64,000 bases of DNA from Felis catus. Taxonomy: Eukaryota. A model generated the notes under the pieces. The model saw nothing but the letters and a program-made list of their open reading frames with translations. It was not told the origin of the DNA and did no database searches. The DNA is taken from contig NC_058372.1 in the NCBI RefSeq assembly GCF_018350175.1, positions 620,001 to 684,000 on the forward strand, in the 5' to 3' direction. Both the position numbers and the translations under genes were made by a program. This document shows, piece after piece, positions 1 through 12,918 of the stretch. Within the stretch, counting starts at the first letter, position 1; each line of letters begins with the position of its first letter.

Positions 1-450
1 CCAAAACAGTCTTAACATTCCCTCAGCTTGACTGAGGTTGAGACAGGCTTCTTCCTGAGTCAGGACCCCTGACTTGCCTTTTCACAGAGCATTTACTTTA
101 GAAGATTTGTACTTATAGACTCTTTCTCTGCTCCTTTGAGATAAAAATCTTTGTAAATTTTCCTGAGAGTTGTACAATCCAGGAATGTCTTTACCAAAGA
201 CCAGGGAGACATCCCACAAAGGTGTAGTCATCAAGGAAGATACTTTTCCTATCTCCCAGTGTCTGTGGGAGGGCAGGAGTCCACTGTGCACAGGTGCTTT
301 GCTCCAAGTTCTAAAACTATCTCTTATTGAGAAGATACAAGAAAGTTCACTTTTCCAGGTGGTAGAGCCAGTTAGCAAACAGATGGCCTTCAGTCTCCAG
401 CTGTTTGCTTCAGTTGAGTTGAGCTCAGGCTGAGTCCCACAGTGCAGTGG
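1..450 (+). mobile_element. MER34-like ERV1 LTR relic
   Basis: Blocks ccaggaatgtcttt, catcaaggaagata, cctatctcccagt and gctccaagtt match the recalled MER34 consensus. Confidence 0.7.
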
Positions 451-1064
451 TCTTGGATGATGTCTTCCTTGCCGGTTACCTGTGTCCACTGCGGTGGTTC
501 TGATGTCCTCTGTGGTTTGAGGGCAGTGCAGACAAGTAGACATCAGAGGCCCTGGACCTAAGCATGTGGTTCAGCCTGGTTTACTTTGATGTGGCTCCTT
601 CCTTGATGGGACACACCAAATTCCCCTCTCAGTAGTTCTCCCGAATTACAGGACATTTCCTCCCTGGGATTTTATCCCAGAAAGGCCATAGCAGGGGAAT
701 ACATATGATCTCAGGGATCTCTTCAGTCCTCCCCCTCCCTTCTTCAGGTCATAGCGTCTTGGATTAGATAACGTGCAGGCGATTTCTCTGCCTTTCCCTG
801 TTATGTCTCCTCCTTCCTGAAGTTACTTGAGCATTACTGGCAAGCGGTCATCTCTGTTTGCAGGAGACAGAGCCTCGTGAAGTGAGTACGTCCAATGTGG
901 TTGCCGATTCTCTGAAGGGGGATCAGGGAATAATCATGTCAGTAGTTGATTTATAAAGCTCTCATCCTGCTTCGGGATTCGATCTTTTTGTTCATCTTTC
1001 TTTTTTCTATTATAAATTCTGTCACCACCACAACCTTATGGAGGTATAGACAGATTAGTTCCCC

Positions 1065-1290
1065 CTTATTAGGCACTTATTATCAAGTACTGTTCTAAAT
1101 GTCCTACATGGGTTAACATTTAGCAAGCTTTGCCAAGTCATAAGTCCCTGTTAGGAACCCTATTCTACAGATAGAGAGACCGAGACTTTGAAAGTGTAAG
1201 AAACCACCAACAGTCATGTGACTAGCAAGCAGAGGAGCCAGCGTTTGAACCCTGGCAATCTCAGGTAAGTCCTTGCTTTTAACCTCCATG
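1065..1290 (-). mobile_element. MIR fragment
   Basis: Degenerate MIR core (attctacagatagagagaccgagact...gtttgaaccctggca). Confidence 0.6.
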
Positions 1291-1450
1291 GTACTCCAAG
1301 GGCAAAATAATTTATTCTTAGGATAAAAACAGCAAAATTCATTAAGACATTGAAAATATTACTTCACAAAGACACACACTTTGTTTGCACAGAGTATTCC
1401 CAGATCTACCTTGCTTCTGAATAAGCTTGCTTCTGAAAGATGGATTATTC

Positions 1451-1512
1451 TGTTTGTTTGTTTGTTTGTTTGTTTATTTATTTAGTTAGTTAGTTATTAT
1501 TTATTTATTTTT
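1451..1512. repeat. Compound microsatellite (TTTG)n(TTTA)n(TTAG)n, probably a decayed poly(A) tail
   Basis: Directly visible; abuts the LTR-like element to its right. Confidence 0.85.
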
Positions 1513-1996
1513 GAAAGCAAAGAACTCTTTATTACTTGTTATAACTAAGGACACAGGGAGAAAACTCTCAAAAGACTGTGTCCCTGAGAGGTTAGTACAG
1601 GAAGCTTTTATGCAATGCATTAGGGGACAAGGCACAGGGAGCTTACAGGTTCAGCTGTGATGCCCAGCCTGTCAGCATGCTACTGCCTGCATCCTGTATC
1701 CCAGGATGGTGGATATCTCCACCCACAGGAGGAGCTCTTAGTTTTATAATGAGCTAAAGGTAACTTCAGGACAACTCAGGCCGGTGTTCTGTGCAGGTCC
1801 TCAACCTCCCAACTGCTCATACTGGCTCGTATTTAGGGCTGTCAGGTAGACACCTCGCTGGGCTTCCCCTTGGCTGGAAGTGCTGGTCTGGCAAAACAAA
1901 ACAGACTCCTTCCCTAGTTTTGTTTTTTCTCCATCCTCCTACTGATTGCTTTCAGCCTTCCTATTGGAGTCAGTTCTCATTGTCTCCTAGCTAACA
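1513..1996 (-). mobile_element. LTR-like element (U3-R) ending in a poly(A)-derived tail
   Basis: Minus strand begins TGTTAGCTAGG, has a TATA-like CATAAAA, and AATAAA (1528-1533) lies 15 nt before the A-rich tail. Confidence 0.55.
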
Positions 1997-2129
1997 CAAG
2001 GAGAACTCTCTACAACAAAATCTTCACCAGGTTGCCCTTCTGAAGCCCTTCCTCTCAATCTGGGGCAATGCTCCATGACACCTAGATGTCCCAACTTCAA
2101 GCTCTGTGCTCCCTCACCTGGTGCACATT

Positions 2130-2430
2130 CACCTAGACCTACTGTGTGCCAGGCTTTTCCAGATACCAGGGCACTACAGAGGTGAAGCTGGGGGAGGGGA
2201 GCGGCTTCTCCATTCTCATACAGACTAGCAAGATGACAGTAAAAAATAAGTAAAACCTACTTGTTCGAAACCCAGGGGGTGATTTGTCCCATGAAGAAAA
2301 GTGAAGTCAGTAAGGGAGTTTGAGAAATGCCTGAAGGCATTTGGGGAGTAGACAATGCAGTGTACATATATTTAAATCTGGGAGAACACCAAGTACAAAG
2401 GCCCTGAGGTCAAGATGGACTGCATGTGGA
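2130..2430 (-). mobile_element. L2 3' fragment
   Basis: cctactgtgtgccaggc and caaaggccctgagg are L2 hallmark motifs. Confidence 0.6.
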
Positions 2431-4909
2431 GAGTCTTGCTTTTTAGACTGGATTCTGAGCTTTGCCTTGTATAGGAATTTTGCTTTCATTGGTAGTGCTA
2501 GGTTTCACTTTCATAGCTAATTAACCTGTACCTGGTCACCAGGCGCTTGAATTCAGTAAATTCTATTCCAGTGATTCAAACTGAAACAGAGGTCATTTGG
2601 GGTCTAGTCAGCACATGGTTACTGAGGGTCCTCCCTTGTCCCAGCACTCTGCTGATGATGAGGAGGGTGTGGCATGAGCACAGTGGGCTCTCCACCTTGA
2701 TGACTACAGTTAATGAACTGCCTCCGTGTCGTCAGGCCCCTTTCACGGTGACTGCTCTCCGTGTCTAGTGGGACATGACCTCTGACCTATCTGTCACACT
2801 TTGTTGTCTATGTGCATCTTGACTCAGCACACTCTGCCAGTGACTCCCCCTGCACCTCACAGTGTGTATCTCAGAAACATTCTCTCTGGCGTCACCATTG
2901 CCTCCTCTTGCTGAAGTCCCTCTCTTTGGGGGAAGCCCCAAAGGCCCATTCTCAAGCCCCAAGTCCACCTCTGCCACACGCTCCAGTGTATCCCCTGCAA
3001 TGACTCCACTTCTGAAGGCGTCCTTGACATCCATCCTTCCCCCATCAGCCTGAGGCTATGCCTCAACTTCTCTCTCTTCAATAAAACCTCTTGAGGAATG
3101 TACAGTTTCATATTGGGACACTGAGGGCACACAGGCATTGTTGCTCTAGGGGGAGGATGTCTGTCCTTTGCAAAAGCAGCCTGAGTGTCATGAAAGAAAG
3201 GGCTGTGCTGGCATCAGGTGGAGACTCAGCCCAGGGCTTAGATGGTTGGGGTACCAAGTGAATTGCTTGGGGCTCCCAGGATGCCATGGGGAAGAGGTTA
3301 TAGGGAGCCTCTGGTTGGCTCTGGGTGTTGTTAAGGCTGCGAAGGGGAAAGGGTGGGATGCTGTTGTCTGCCCACTGAGTGGTAGGGGGATAAAGATGGC
3401 CACAGGGACTTCAGTGGGCAGGTGGAGTTTGGGGGTTGGAGGCAGGAAGGGAAAGAGGCAGGAGGTGTCTGGAGGGAGACTCACTTGAGGTGATAGCGTC
3501 AGGAGAGGGCAATGATGGGAGGCATGAGGCTACAGCACCCTATATTCCCAGGCAGTCTCCCATCCATGTTCAGGCTTGGGTAGCCAAAGTATCTGGGAGA
3601 AAAGCCACATGGACCATTTTCTGTGCTGAACCTGACCTTCCTGCCCTTCTCTTACTCCGTCATGCATTGCTCAACCCGAGCCCTACCTAAACACTGGTCA
3701 CATGTCTGGCTTCTGCTCTGTGGATGGCACTAAGAGGGTGCAACCACAGCTTCAGCTTCGCAGTGACCAGTGCAGGTGCCTGGCCAGCCCTGCCTCTGAT
3801 ACGGCACCTGGCACAGCATCACTGTGAGGAGGCCACAGATTCACTTAGGGCTGGGAACTGAGGCTCAAAGGCCTTAGCTAAGCCACCTGATTCTTATAAG
3901 CCACTTCTAGACTATAATAGAATTTATATAGAAAACACACACAAAATCAGCTATTACTCTTGGAATTATTAGAAATTAAGCGAGTGGCTAGATTTAAGTT
4001 TAAAGTGTAAGAATCAGTGTATTCCTCCTTAACAGTTATATTTCCTAAATTTCTTAGTTGTAACACACAGAACCAGTCCTGGCTATACTTAGCTATGTCC
4101 CAGAGTCCCCCTGATAATCCAGTGTGGGGACAGGAGCCCAGGCAGTGAGGGGGACGGCACAGTGTTGGCTCTGTGGGGCTGGGACACATGTGCCCTGTGG
4201 GATCTGGGACAGATTCCAGACTCCATCACTCTCCCCAAAGTGGGCGTTTGGCCACCAGCCTCGGCAGAGCCACAAGCCACATGGCACCTGCTTCTTCAGG
4301 CTGAGGTCTCAGGCTGGACAGTCTTACCTTAGAACTTAGGTCCTGTGCCTGCATCCAAGCCATGAGGAATACCTGGAAAGTGAGTGTTTGTCCTCTGCCT
4401 TGGGAGATAGCAGTAGTGACATGGGAATCCCTGCAATCCGTGGTAGCGTTCGGTGATGCTTGGTGTCCGCGGTGCATGTCTGACATGAATAGACCGTGAG
4501 CCAGGCTTGTAGCAACCACACAGATACAAAATCATAAAGCCAGTCGACTGAAAAATGTGGGTTACTTTCATGAAGAGAATCAGCAAAATTTTCTTCAGTG
4601 TAAACAATAAACCTTTAATATTTCTTGGTAAAAAGAAACTATTGCAGAGCATTATTCCAAAATTAGTCTATAAATTATGAATCATTGAATGACTTCAAAG
4701 ACAAATGCAATATTTATTGAAATGAATTAAGAGGTTCAAAAGAAGAATACAATGTAATAAAAATACCTTATAGATAAAAGAAGGACTCTATGGCCCAAAT
4801 TATGACAGTGAATGATAATGCAGTATTACTTAACTAGCAGAAGTATATAAATACAGATTAATAAAAAATATTTGAAAGCATAGGAAAAGAGATAAAAATT
4901 GATATGTTC

Positions 4910-5130
4910 TGGGTGCCTGGGTGGCTCAGTCGGTTAGGCATCCGACCCTTGATTTTGGCCCAGGTCATGATCTCATGGTTGGTGAGTTTGAGCCCCACAT
5001 TGGGCTCTGCTCTGACAGCATAGAGCCTGCTTGGGATTCTCTCTCCTTCACTCTCTGCCCCTCCCCCACTTTTGTGCATGTGCACGCTCTCTCTCTCTCT
5101 CTCAAAATAAATAAACCTAAAAAAAATAAT
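4910..5130 (+). mobile_element. Can-SINE
   Basis: gggtgcctgggtggctcagtcggtt head, (CT)n tract, AATAAA tail. Confidence 0.95.
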
Positions 5131-5242
5131 GTGTCCTTTTTGTAACTAGGTAGCATCATTAATAAAATAAGTCAATGAAAGAAAATTTCATAAATTGTGT
5201 TAACATATTTGGTGTACAACTTAAAGGAAAACATATAGTTTA

Positions 5243-5430
5243 GGGGCACCTGGGTGGCTCAGTCTGTTGAGCATCTGATTGTTGATTTTGGCTCAGGTCA
5301 TGATCCCAGGGTTGTAAATAGAGTCCCACATCAGGTTCTGCACTGATGGCACACGGCCTGCTTGGGATTCTCTCTCTCCCTCTCTCTCTGCCCCTTCTCC
5401 ACCTGGACACGTGTTCTCTCTCTCTCTAAA
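5243..5430 (+). mobile_element. Can-SINE (older subfamily)
   Basis: ggggcacctgggtggctcag head and CT tract. Confidence 0.9.
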
Positions 5431-7764
5431 ATGTATATTTTATAGAGATTATAAAATATATAATGTATTTAATATATATTTTATTTTATATATAAATATA
5501 ATATAATGTTTAATATATAATATAGGATATAATATAAANNNNNNNNNNNNNNNNNNNNNNNNNNNNNNNNNNNNNNNNNNNNNNNNNNNNNNNNNNNNNN
5601 NNNNNNNNNNNNNNNNNNNNNNNNNNNNNNNNNNNNNNNNNNNNNNNNNNNNNNNNNNNNNNNNNNNNCACACATATATATAATCTAATATATAGACAGA
5701 TAGTTTACACATTACTGAAGATGGATTGAATAGTCTAATATTTGAGGAGAAAAAATATTGGATTAGTAGTCATTGAAGGCTATCTCTTACTAACCTAGAC
5801 AAGTTTTGTTGCTACATTTAAAAACTCATATTCAACTTATTTGATATAATATTTGCAAAGAAATACACCTGGAAAAAATGGACTTAAAGAGGGGACCGAG
5901 AAAGTGGCTGTTGCCATCATAAAACACAGAATACTCATGTGTGTAAGAGTTTACACAATTCATAAAGCATAAAATGTTGAAAATTAACACGGATAATATG
6001 GAGAAGGAAATATGATAAACATGTTTAATTTCTTGATCTGTTGCAACTCTTAAAAAATAATGAAGATAAAATATCACTGCTATAAAAATTAAAAAAACTA
6101 AGGATCCCCACAATATCCCATGCTGTATAGATCTTATGTACTTTTGTAGATACATGATATCTTTTTATCAATGACAAAAAGACCAAAAATCCACTTAAAA
6201 ATGGGCAAAAGATTTGAACAAACACTTCCAAGTTCAAGATACATAATGCATAAGTGGCTGAGAAGCCCATGAAAAAATGCTCAACCTCATTAGTTATTAA
6301 GGAAACACATTAAAACCGTATTGATATGCTACTAAATGTATATTTTATTTTATTTTTTAATGCATATTCTAAAAGCTAAAAAGTTAAAGAGAATGACAAT
6401 ACTAATGTTGGTGTGAACGTAGAGCAACTGGCACACTCACACGTTGCTGGCATGTTTTATCTGGGGAATGTAATATAGCACAGTATTCTGGAAATCTGTG
6501 ACAATTTTTTTGTAAAATTTAGCAAGCATCTACATTATGAATTCAGCCATTGCACTCCTAAATATTTACTCAGAATTAAATATGAGTGTGAAGAAACTTA
6601 TAGAAATATTTATAAAAGCTTTTTTTATGTACTCCAAACTGCAACTGATACCCCAGACCCAATTGCTCATGGATTGTGAATGAATAACAAAGCATAGTAG
6701 CATATCTATTTCACAGAACACAGCCCAGAACTCAACTAGGTGGATAAATCACAAGACCATTATGCTCAGCAAAAGAGGCTTAACATCAAAGAGTGCATAT
6801 GATTTCACTTGCAAAAATTCTAGAAAATGCAAACAAATGTTTAATACATTTAATACATGTTAAATACCAATGTTTAATGACAAAAAGTGGATTAGTGACT
6901 TCTTGCAGTAGAGGGCAGAAGGAGGAAGGACTCCAGATACACAAGAATCTTTTTGGGGTGATGGAAATGTTCTGTATCTTGATTGTGGGTGTTGTCAGTG
7001 TTCATTGATTTATACACTTGAAGTGTAATAATCTTCATATAAATTTTACCATAAAAAAGTTGATGAAAAATGTAAAAAAGAATCAAAGTGTATTGTATTC
7101 AAAATTGAAGTTGTATTGTAATCAAAATAGAAGATTTGTAGGAATCAGTTATGAGTCTCCTCCAGTGCACCAGCCCAGGATAATGTTACCCGGGCCAAAA
7201 AGATGTCCGCAGACACAGAAGATGTGATCAGTAGCATTTTGGTGCAGTATGGGGCCTGAGTAAAAGGGAATATTCAGTGATCTGAATTGAGCAATAAGGT
7301 AGGCAAAAGAGCTATTTATGGAGATAAAAAATGAAGAATAAAGAAAAAATGAATAAGTGAACAAAAATAAATTGGACAAACTGCCAGTGATAACCTGATT
7401 ATTGATTAACCTTATCATAATATCAACAATCTTCATGTCAGTTATCTGTAACCATTTTCTTTTCTTCTTGATTGGCAGTCTCTGGGTGGTTTATCTCATT
7501 TACATGGGGACATTCTTTACAAATAATGAATTCCTCATCTGAGAGTTTGGTTGAGGCCCCAGGAATATTTTTCCTCTTAAATCTAGCTCAAAATGATCTC
7601 ATTCAAAAAAATATGAAATTCTACAAATAATAATTGTTTTTGTTTGATACCATTTCTTCTCTTTCCCTTGAGAAGTAAAAAAAAAAAAATCCTCTGTAAG
7701 AAAAAAGACATTCCACGTAAGTAAATTTAATTAAATAAAATTAATAATTATTAAATCAAATTAA

Positions 7765-7972
7765 ATTTAAAAAATAAATATTTAAAAAATTTTAAAAAAC
7801 ATTTATTCATTTTTGAGAGACAGAACGTGAGCAAGAGAGGAGCAGAGAGAAGCAGGCTCCAGGCTCTGAGCTGTCAACACAGAGTCCGGTGCAGGGCTTG
7901 AACCCACCAACTGTGAGATCATTACCTGCACTGAAGTCAGACGCTCAACTGACTGAGCCACCCTGGTGACCT
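7765..7972 (-). mobile_element. Can-SINE
   Basis: Reverse SINE ending gactgagccaccctgg. Confidence 0.9.
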
Positions 7973-8489
7973 ATAAATGTTAAATATTATTTAAATAAAA
8001 TTTTAAAGCAATAATTATTTTCTGTGAGAATAAAAACCATTCTATGAAATTGAATACATAGAATTATGTACATAGAAGTACATAGAATATGTACATAAAT
8101 ACATAGAAGTTTCTCTGCTTTAGAGGAGATAAAGCAGAAGACCAGTGGACATCCAAGGAGGTTCAATGATGTATTGAACACATGCAGGAGGTGGGAGAGT
8201 AAAGAGGCAATTCTACTGCTAGGCATGTAGCCTGAGGAATTCATTACCTATATATAAAAGACATGCCTGGATGAAGATATCCACCAATGTGTTGTTTAGA
8301 ATAATGACAAAAAGAGAAACATTTTCAAAAGGGGATGGGTTAAATACAGCACACAGCCATTGAAATGGTTTTACATATTTCTCTAGAATGATGTTATTTC
8401 ATAATGGGAATTTATCAACCGTATGTAAAGTGGTATTACAGTGCAATATAATGTTCACACATGTATACACATAAATAGAAAAATGTCTA

Positions 8490-8911
8490 GGGGCGCCTGG
8501 GTGGCTCAGTCGGTTGGGCGTCAGACTTCGGCTCGGGTCACGATCTCGAGGTCCTTGAGTTCGAGCCCCGCGTCCGGCTCTGTGCTGACTGCTCAGAGCC
8601 TGGAGCCTGTTTCGGATTCTGTGTCTCCCTCTCTCTGTGACCCTTCCCCGTTCATGCTCTGTCTCTCTCTGTCTCAAAAATAAAAAAAACGTTAATTTTT
8701 TTTTTTTAAATGTCTAGGGGCACCTGGGTGGCCCAGTCAGTTAAGCATCTGATTTCGGCTCAGGTCATGATCTCGTGGTTCATGAGTTCAAGCCCCACAT
8801 CAGACTCTCTGCTGTCAGTGCAGACAGCCGACTTTGGATCCTCTGCCTCCCTCTCTCTCTGCCCTTCCCCTGCTCTCTCTCTTCCAAAAAAAAAAAAAAA
8901 ACATTAAAAAA
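8490..8911 (+). mobile_element. Two tandem Can-SINEs (8490-8707 and 8717-8911) sharing one target site
   Basis: Two complete SINEs. The motif aaat(g/a)tcta occurs before, between and after them. Confidence 0.93.
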
Positions 8912-9039
8912 AGAAAAATATCTAGAAGTATAGTCATAGATAATACAATATCCATTCCAATGTGTTGATGGTTTACTTTAAAATTTTTCTTTGTCCTCAT
9001 TATGGAATTATTTACAAATAATATGCAACCTGTTTAAAC

Positions 9040-9100
<61 letters not shown>
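9040..9100. repeat. (TA)n(CA)n microsatellite
   Basis: Directly visible. Confidence 0.95.
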
Positions 9101-9101
<1 letters not shown>

Positions 9102-9799
9102 TTAATGCACATCTAGAGATAGAGGAACCACTGTGGACCAAGATTTAAGACTGCAAAATATGACACTGAGAGAGATTTTGTCCTCAATTTCAGCTTCATA
9201 CTTGAAGAGAAATAAAATGCATGACCTTTAAAAACAAACAACAAAACAATCTTCATGTGTGTACATGCATGTGTAGGTTACTATGGACAGAAGCATTAAT
9301 CCAAACAGCCATGTAAAAAACATTCCCCATTATTCAGCAATCGCTCATCCCCACTGTTCTCAGTGTACTTTAGTTCACTTCACCAAACCTGGGAACCAGT
9401 GCAGTATTGTCCTCTTGTGATTTATGAGCTCTTCATGGAGAAGGTCACACAGCCTCCTACCCCAGAAGGAGTCAGACCTTGGACCCACAAGGCCTGGGAC
9501 TCATGCTTATAAGTTGGAGCTGTTCCCGTTCCTCATCCTTGTTGTGTTTCATGGACCCGGGAGGCCTCCCTGCCTTACTCTGTAAAAACATCTTGTCAAG
9601 CTCTTCTATGGGTCAGAATAAGAAATACATTAATGCAAACCTCTCTAGTAATGGAAAAGCAGTACTGAATTACAGTACTATGTGCTTCTGTTTCTATGTT
9701 TATACACATAGACACACATGCTGGGAAGCATTTGCAAGTAGATGCAAATGAACAAGCTTTGAGTCAGACTAATATTAGTTTCAATCACAGCTTTACTAC

Positions 9800-10270
9800 C
9801 CATTTTTAAATGTTTATTTTTTTTGAAAGTCTTTTTTTTTTCATGTTTATTTATTTCTGAGACAGAGAGAGACAAAGCATGAGTGGGGGAGGGGCAGAGA
9901 GAGAGGGAGACACAGAATCAGAAGCAGGCTCCAGGCTCCGAGCTGTCAGCACACAGCCCCACACGGGGCTCGAGCTCATGGACTGCGAGATCATGATCTG
10001 AGCCGAAGTTGGACGCTCAACTGACTGAGCCACCCAGGTGCCCCAATGTTTATTTATTTTTTCTTTTGAGAGACAGAGTGCATGTGCGCATGACGGAGAG
10101 AGAGAGAGAAAGAGAGGGAGAGAAGGGGAGGGGCAGAGAGGGGACAGAGGATCTGAAGTGGGTTCTGCACTGAAAGCAGTGAGCCTGATGCGGGTCTCAA
10201 ACTCACCAACCATGAGATCATGACCTGAGCCAAACTCCGATGCTTACCTGACTGAGCCCCCCAGGCACCC
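9800..10270 (-). mobile_element. Nested Can-SINE pair inside a MIR
   Basis: Outer TSD acagctttactac (9787-9799 / 10271-10283). The inner SINE (~9830-10044) sits in the outer tail with aatgtttattt duplicated. Confidence 0.9.
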
Positions 10271-10893
10271 ACAGCTTTACTACTTTTTATTTGAGAAGTC
10301 TCAAGAAACCAATCTTTTCTAAATTTAGTGTCCTAATTGATCGAATGGGGACAATGTAGCATAGCTAGAAGAGTTGTCTAAAGGAGTTAAAAGAAACCCA
10401 TGTATAATGAAACCGACATTTATTAGGGACTGAAAAAATTGTAGGAAAAGCTATTGAAAAGCTTAATAGGAAGGGGAATTAATGTAGAAACTTGACAGAG
10501 GTAAAAAACTTGGAGGCACACCAGCAAGCACACACGTATACCAAGAACTATACCAGGAACGTGCCCCCATAAACACAGTCAGCCTATGTGCCAGCAGTCT
10601 GGAGCCTATTAGTAAATAGGCTAGGAGTAAAGCTGTTAGAAATCACCTTCAGATGATGCCGGCCAGGCCCTAAACTCATTGCCCTTTCTGTTTTATTTCA
10701 GAAAAAAAATCCTAAAAGATGCCTTAAAATAACACCTGAATTGGAGGAAGGAAGGCCACTATCCTGAGAAGCATAATATCTTACTCAGATTTTGAGCAGA
10801 ATATGAAGAATAGAAACATTGGAAGGGTGGAAATCAGACTTACTCTTTTACAATCTGAAACCTAATGACAATAACTTTTATTTGTATGGTTCT

Positions 10894-11859
10894 TTAGAAT
10901 TTAAAAATGGCTTTTAAATACATCTTTCTCGGGGAAACTTCTCCTTTTGACAGCACCTTCCTCAGAGCGGCCTTCATGGCTTCATTGCGTAAACTGTAGA
11001 TAACCGGATTGAGTGTGGGTGGTATCACCGTGTAGAATATGGAAAACATGAGGTCCATAGCTGATTGGGAGTCAGAAGGGGGCCGCAGAAACTCAAAACC
11101 TGCTGTGGAGAGGAAGAAGGTGACTACAAACAGGTGTGGTAGGCAGGTGGCGAAGACCTTGGTCCGGCCCTCTGCTGATGGGATCCTCAGCACGGCAGAG
11201 AAGATGTGGACGTAGGAGAGCACAATGGACACCAGGCAGATGAATGCTGCTGAAGTTGTGAAGGCAGCCACTGCAATCTCATTGACGAATTCATGAGAAC
11301 AAGCTAGTTTCAGCATCTGAGGAATGTCACAGAAGAACTGGTAAATGACTCTCTCCCCACAGAGAGGTATGGAGAAGTTCACAGCAGTATGCATGAGCCC
11401 AGAGAAGCCCCCAGCAAGCCACACAGCTGCCACGGCGTGCCTACAAGTGCAGGGGTCCATGATGGTCTCATACTGCAGGGGCCGACAGATGGCGACATAC
11501 CGGTCGTAAGACATCACGGTGAGGATGGCCACTTCTGATGAGGCCAGAGCTATGAAGAAGAAAACCTGAAGGATGCACTGACCAAGTGAAATGTAACCGC
11601 TGTTCGTAAGTGAATTTGCAATGGACTGAGGCACTGTGACAGAGATGAAACAGAGGTCCAGGACAGAGAGGTGCTTCAAAAAGTAATACATGGGGGACTG
11701 AAGGCAATGGTCCAACGTGGTCACGGTGATGATGAGGAGGTTTCCTGTCAAGGCCATCAGGTATGTCACCAAAAACAGCAATGCATATAAAATCTGAAGC
11801 TTTCGGTTTTCAGAAAACCCCATAAGGAGGAATCCACTCATGGAGGTCAAATTGGCCAT
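10894..11859 (-). CDS. OR14J1: Olfactory receptor, family 14 (OR14J1 ortholog), 321 aa, intact
   Basis: OR motifs LQSPMYYFLKHLS, MSYDRYVAIC, KVFATCLPHL, PPTLNPVIYSLRN. N-terminus MANLTSMSGFLLMGFS and C-terminus RKMYLKAIFKF closely match recalled human OR14J1. First ATG is at 11859 (the ORF-track start at 11865 is GTG). Splice acceptor (tttggcttcctAG) at 11890-11891. Confidence 0.9.
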   Translation of the reverse strand: MANLTSMSGFLLMGFSENRKLQILYALLFLVTYLMALTGNLLIITVTTLDHCLQSPMYYFLKHLSVLDLCFISVTVPQSIANSLTNSGYISLGQCILQVFFFIALASSEVAILTVMSYDRYVAICRPLQYETIMDPCTCRHAVAAVWLAGGFSGLMHTAVNFSIPLCGERVIYQFFCDIPQMLKLACSHEFVNEIAVAAFTTSAAFICLVSIVLSYVHIFSAVLRIPSAEGRTKVFATCLPHLFVVTFFLSTAGFEFLRPPSDSQSAMDLMFSIFYTVIPPTLNPVIYSLRNEAMKAALRKVLSKGEVSPRKMYLKAIFKF

Positions 11860-12039
11860 GGTCACACTGAACGTAGCAAGTATGACTGTCTAGGAAGCCA
11901 AACAACAGTAGAAAGAATGTATCATATTTAGTATATCTGCATGTCAGGTTAACAGTGCACCTAACATAGACCTACCGAAATCAAGACAAACGTATCCCCG
12001 TAGTGATTAGGTAACACTTCATTTAGAAAAACCTTTACT

Positions 12040-12298
12040 ACAGATACCATATGTTTTCACTCTTATGTGGATCCTGAGAAACTTAACAGAAACCCATGGG
12101 GGAGGGGAAGAAAAAAAAAGAGGTTAGAGTGGGAGAGAGCTAAAGCATAAGAGACTCTTAAAAACTGAGAACAAACTGAGGGTTGATGGTGGGAGGGAGG
12201 GGAGGGGAGGTGATGGGCATTGAAGAGAACATCTTTTGGGATGAGCACTGGGTGTTGTATGGAAACCAATTTGACAATAAATTTCATATATTAAAAAA
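12040..12298 (+). mobile_element. 5'-truncated cat-type L1 3' end
   Basis: L1 3'UTR with perfect 15-bp TSD agaaaaacctttact (12025-12039 / 12299-12313). Confidence 0.93.
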
Positions 12299-12918
12299 AG
12301 AAAAACCTTTACTTATTATTCAGAAACAGAAGCTCTAAGGGTGACCAATGGCATCACATAGCTTGAAAAAAGTCATCAGAATTTTCTGGAGCAGAGTTTG
12401 GATTGTTAAAGGTGTGAAACTGACAGAGACAATGAAATCTTTCCACTCAACATAGTCATTGAAGATTGTACTAGTATTATTGCATCTTATTATGATACCT
12501 TAGTATTACAGTAAGGTAGTAACATTTCTTTTGTTAACCATCTAAAATTAAATTGTTGGTACCACCTTGTAAGTGGATCTAAGAACAGACCAGAGGCAAA
12601 TGTAGGGGAGCTGTTCACTCTGAAAACAGTCATATTCCTTGCCTCTGAAAGGCTCTCAACATTTTTAAAATATGAAACTTGGTTGGAATGAACTTCCTAG
12701 AGCAAGCTCAAACAGTGAAATAAACCTCAAAGTTGTCACATGCAGATGCCACTGAAACTAAGCGTTGAATTCTGAGGTTTGGAACTTGATAGATATCACA
12801 ACTGTCTGATGGTGCCTTGTCCTTTTAATTTTTAAAACCTTAGGATGATTTGGATTTGGATATGTCCAATCAGGTTCATGTGAACAAATAATGAGGTTTT
12901 CTAAAAAATATTGAGTTC

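Larger units (their letters stand above)
4520..7080 (+). mobile_element. Old L1M fragments (ORF2 3' part and 3'UTR), interrupted by SINEs, an AT-rich tract and a gap
   Basis: aaaatgggcaaaagatttgaacaaacacttc, tgctcaacctcattagttattaaggaaa, ggtgatggaaatgttctgtatcttgattgtg. Confidence 0.75.
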
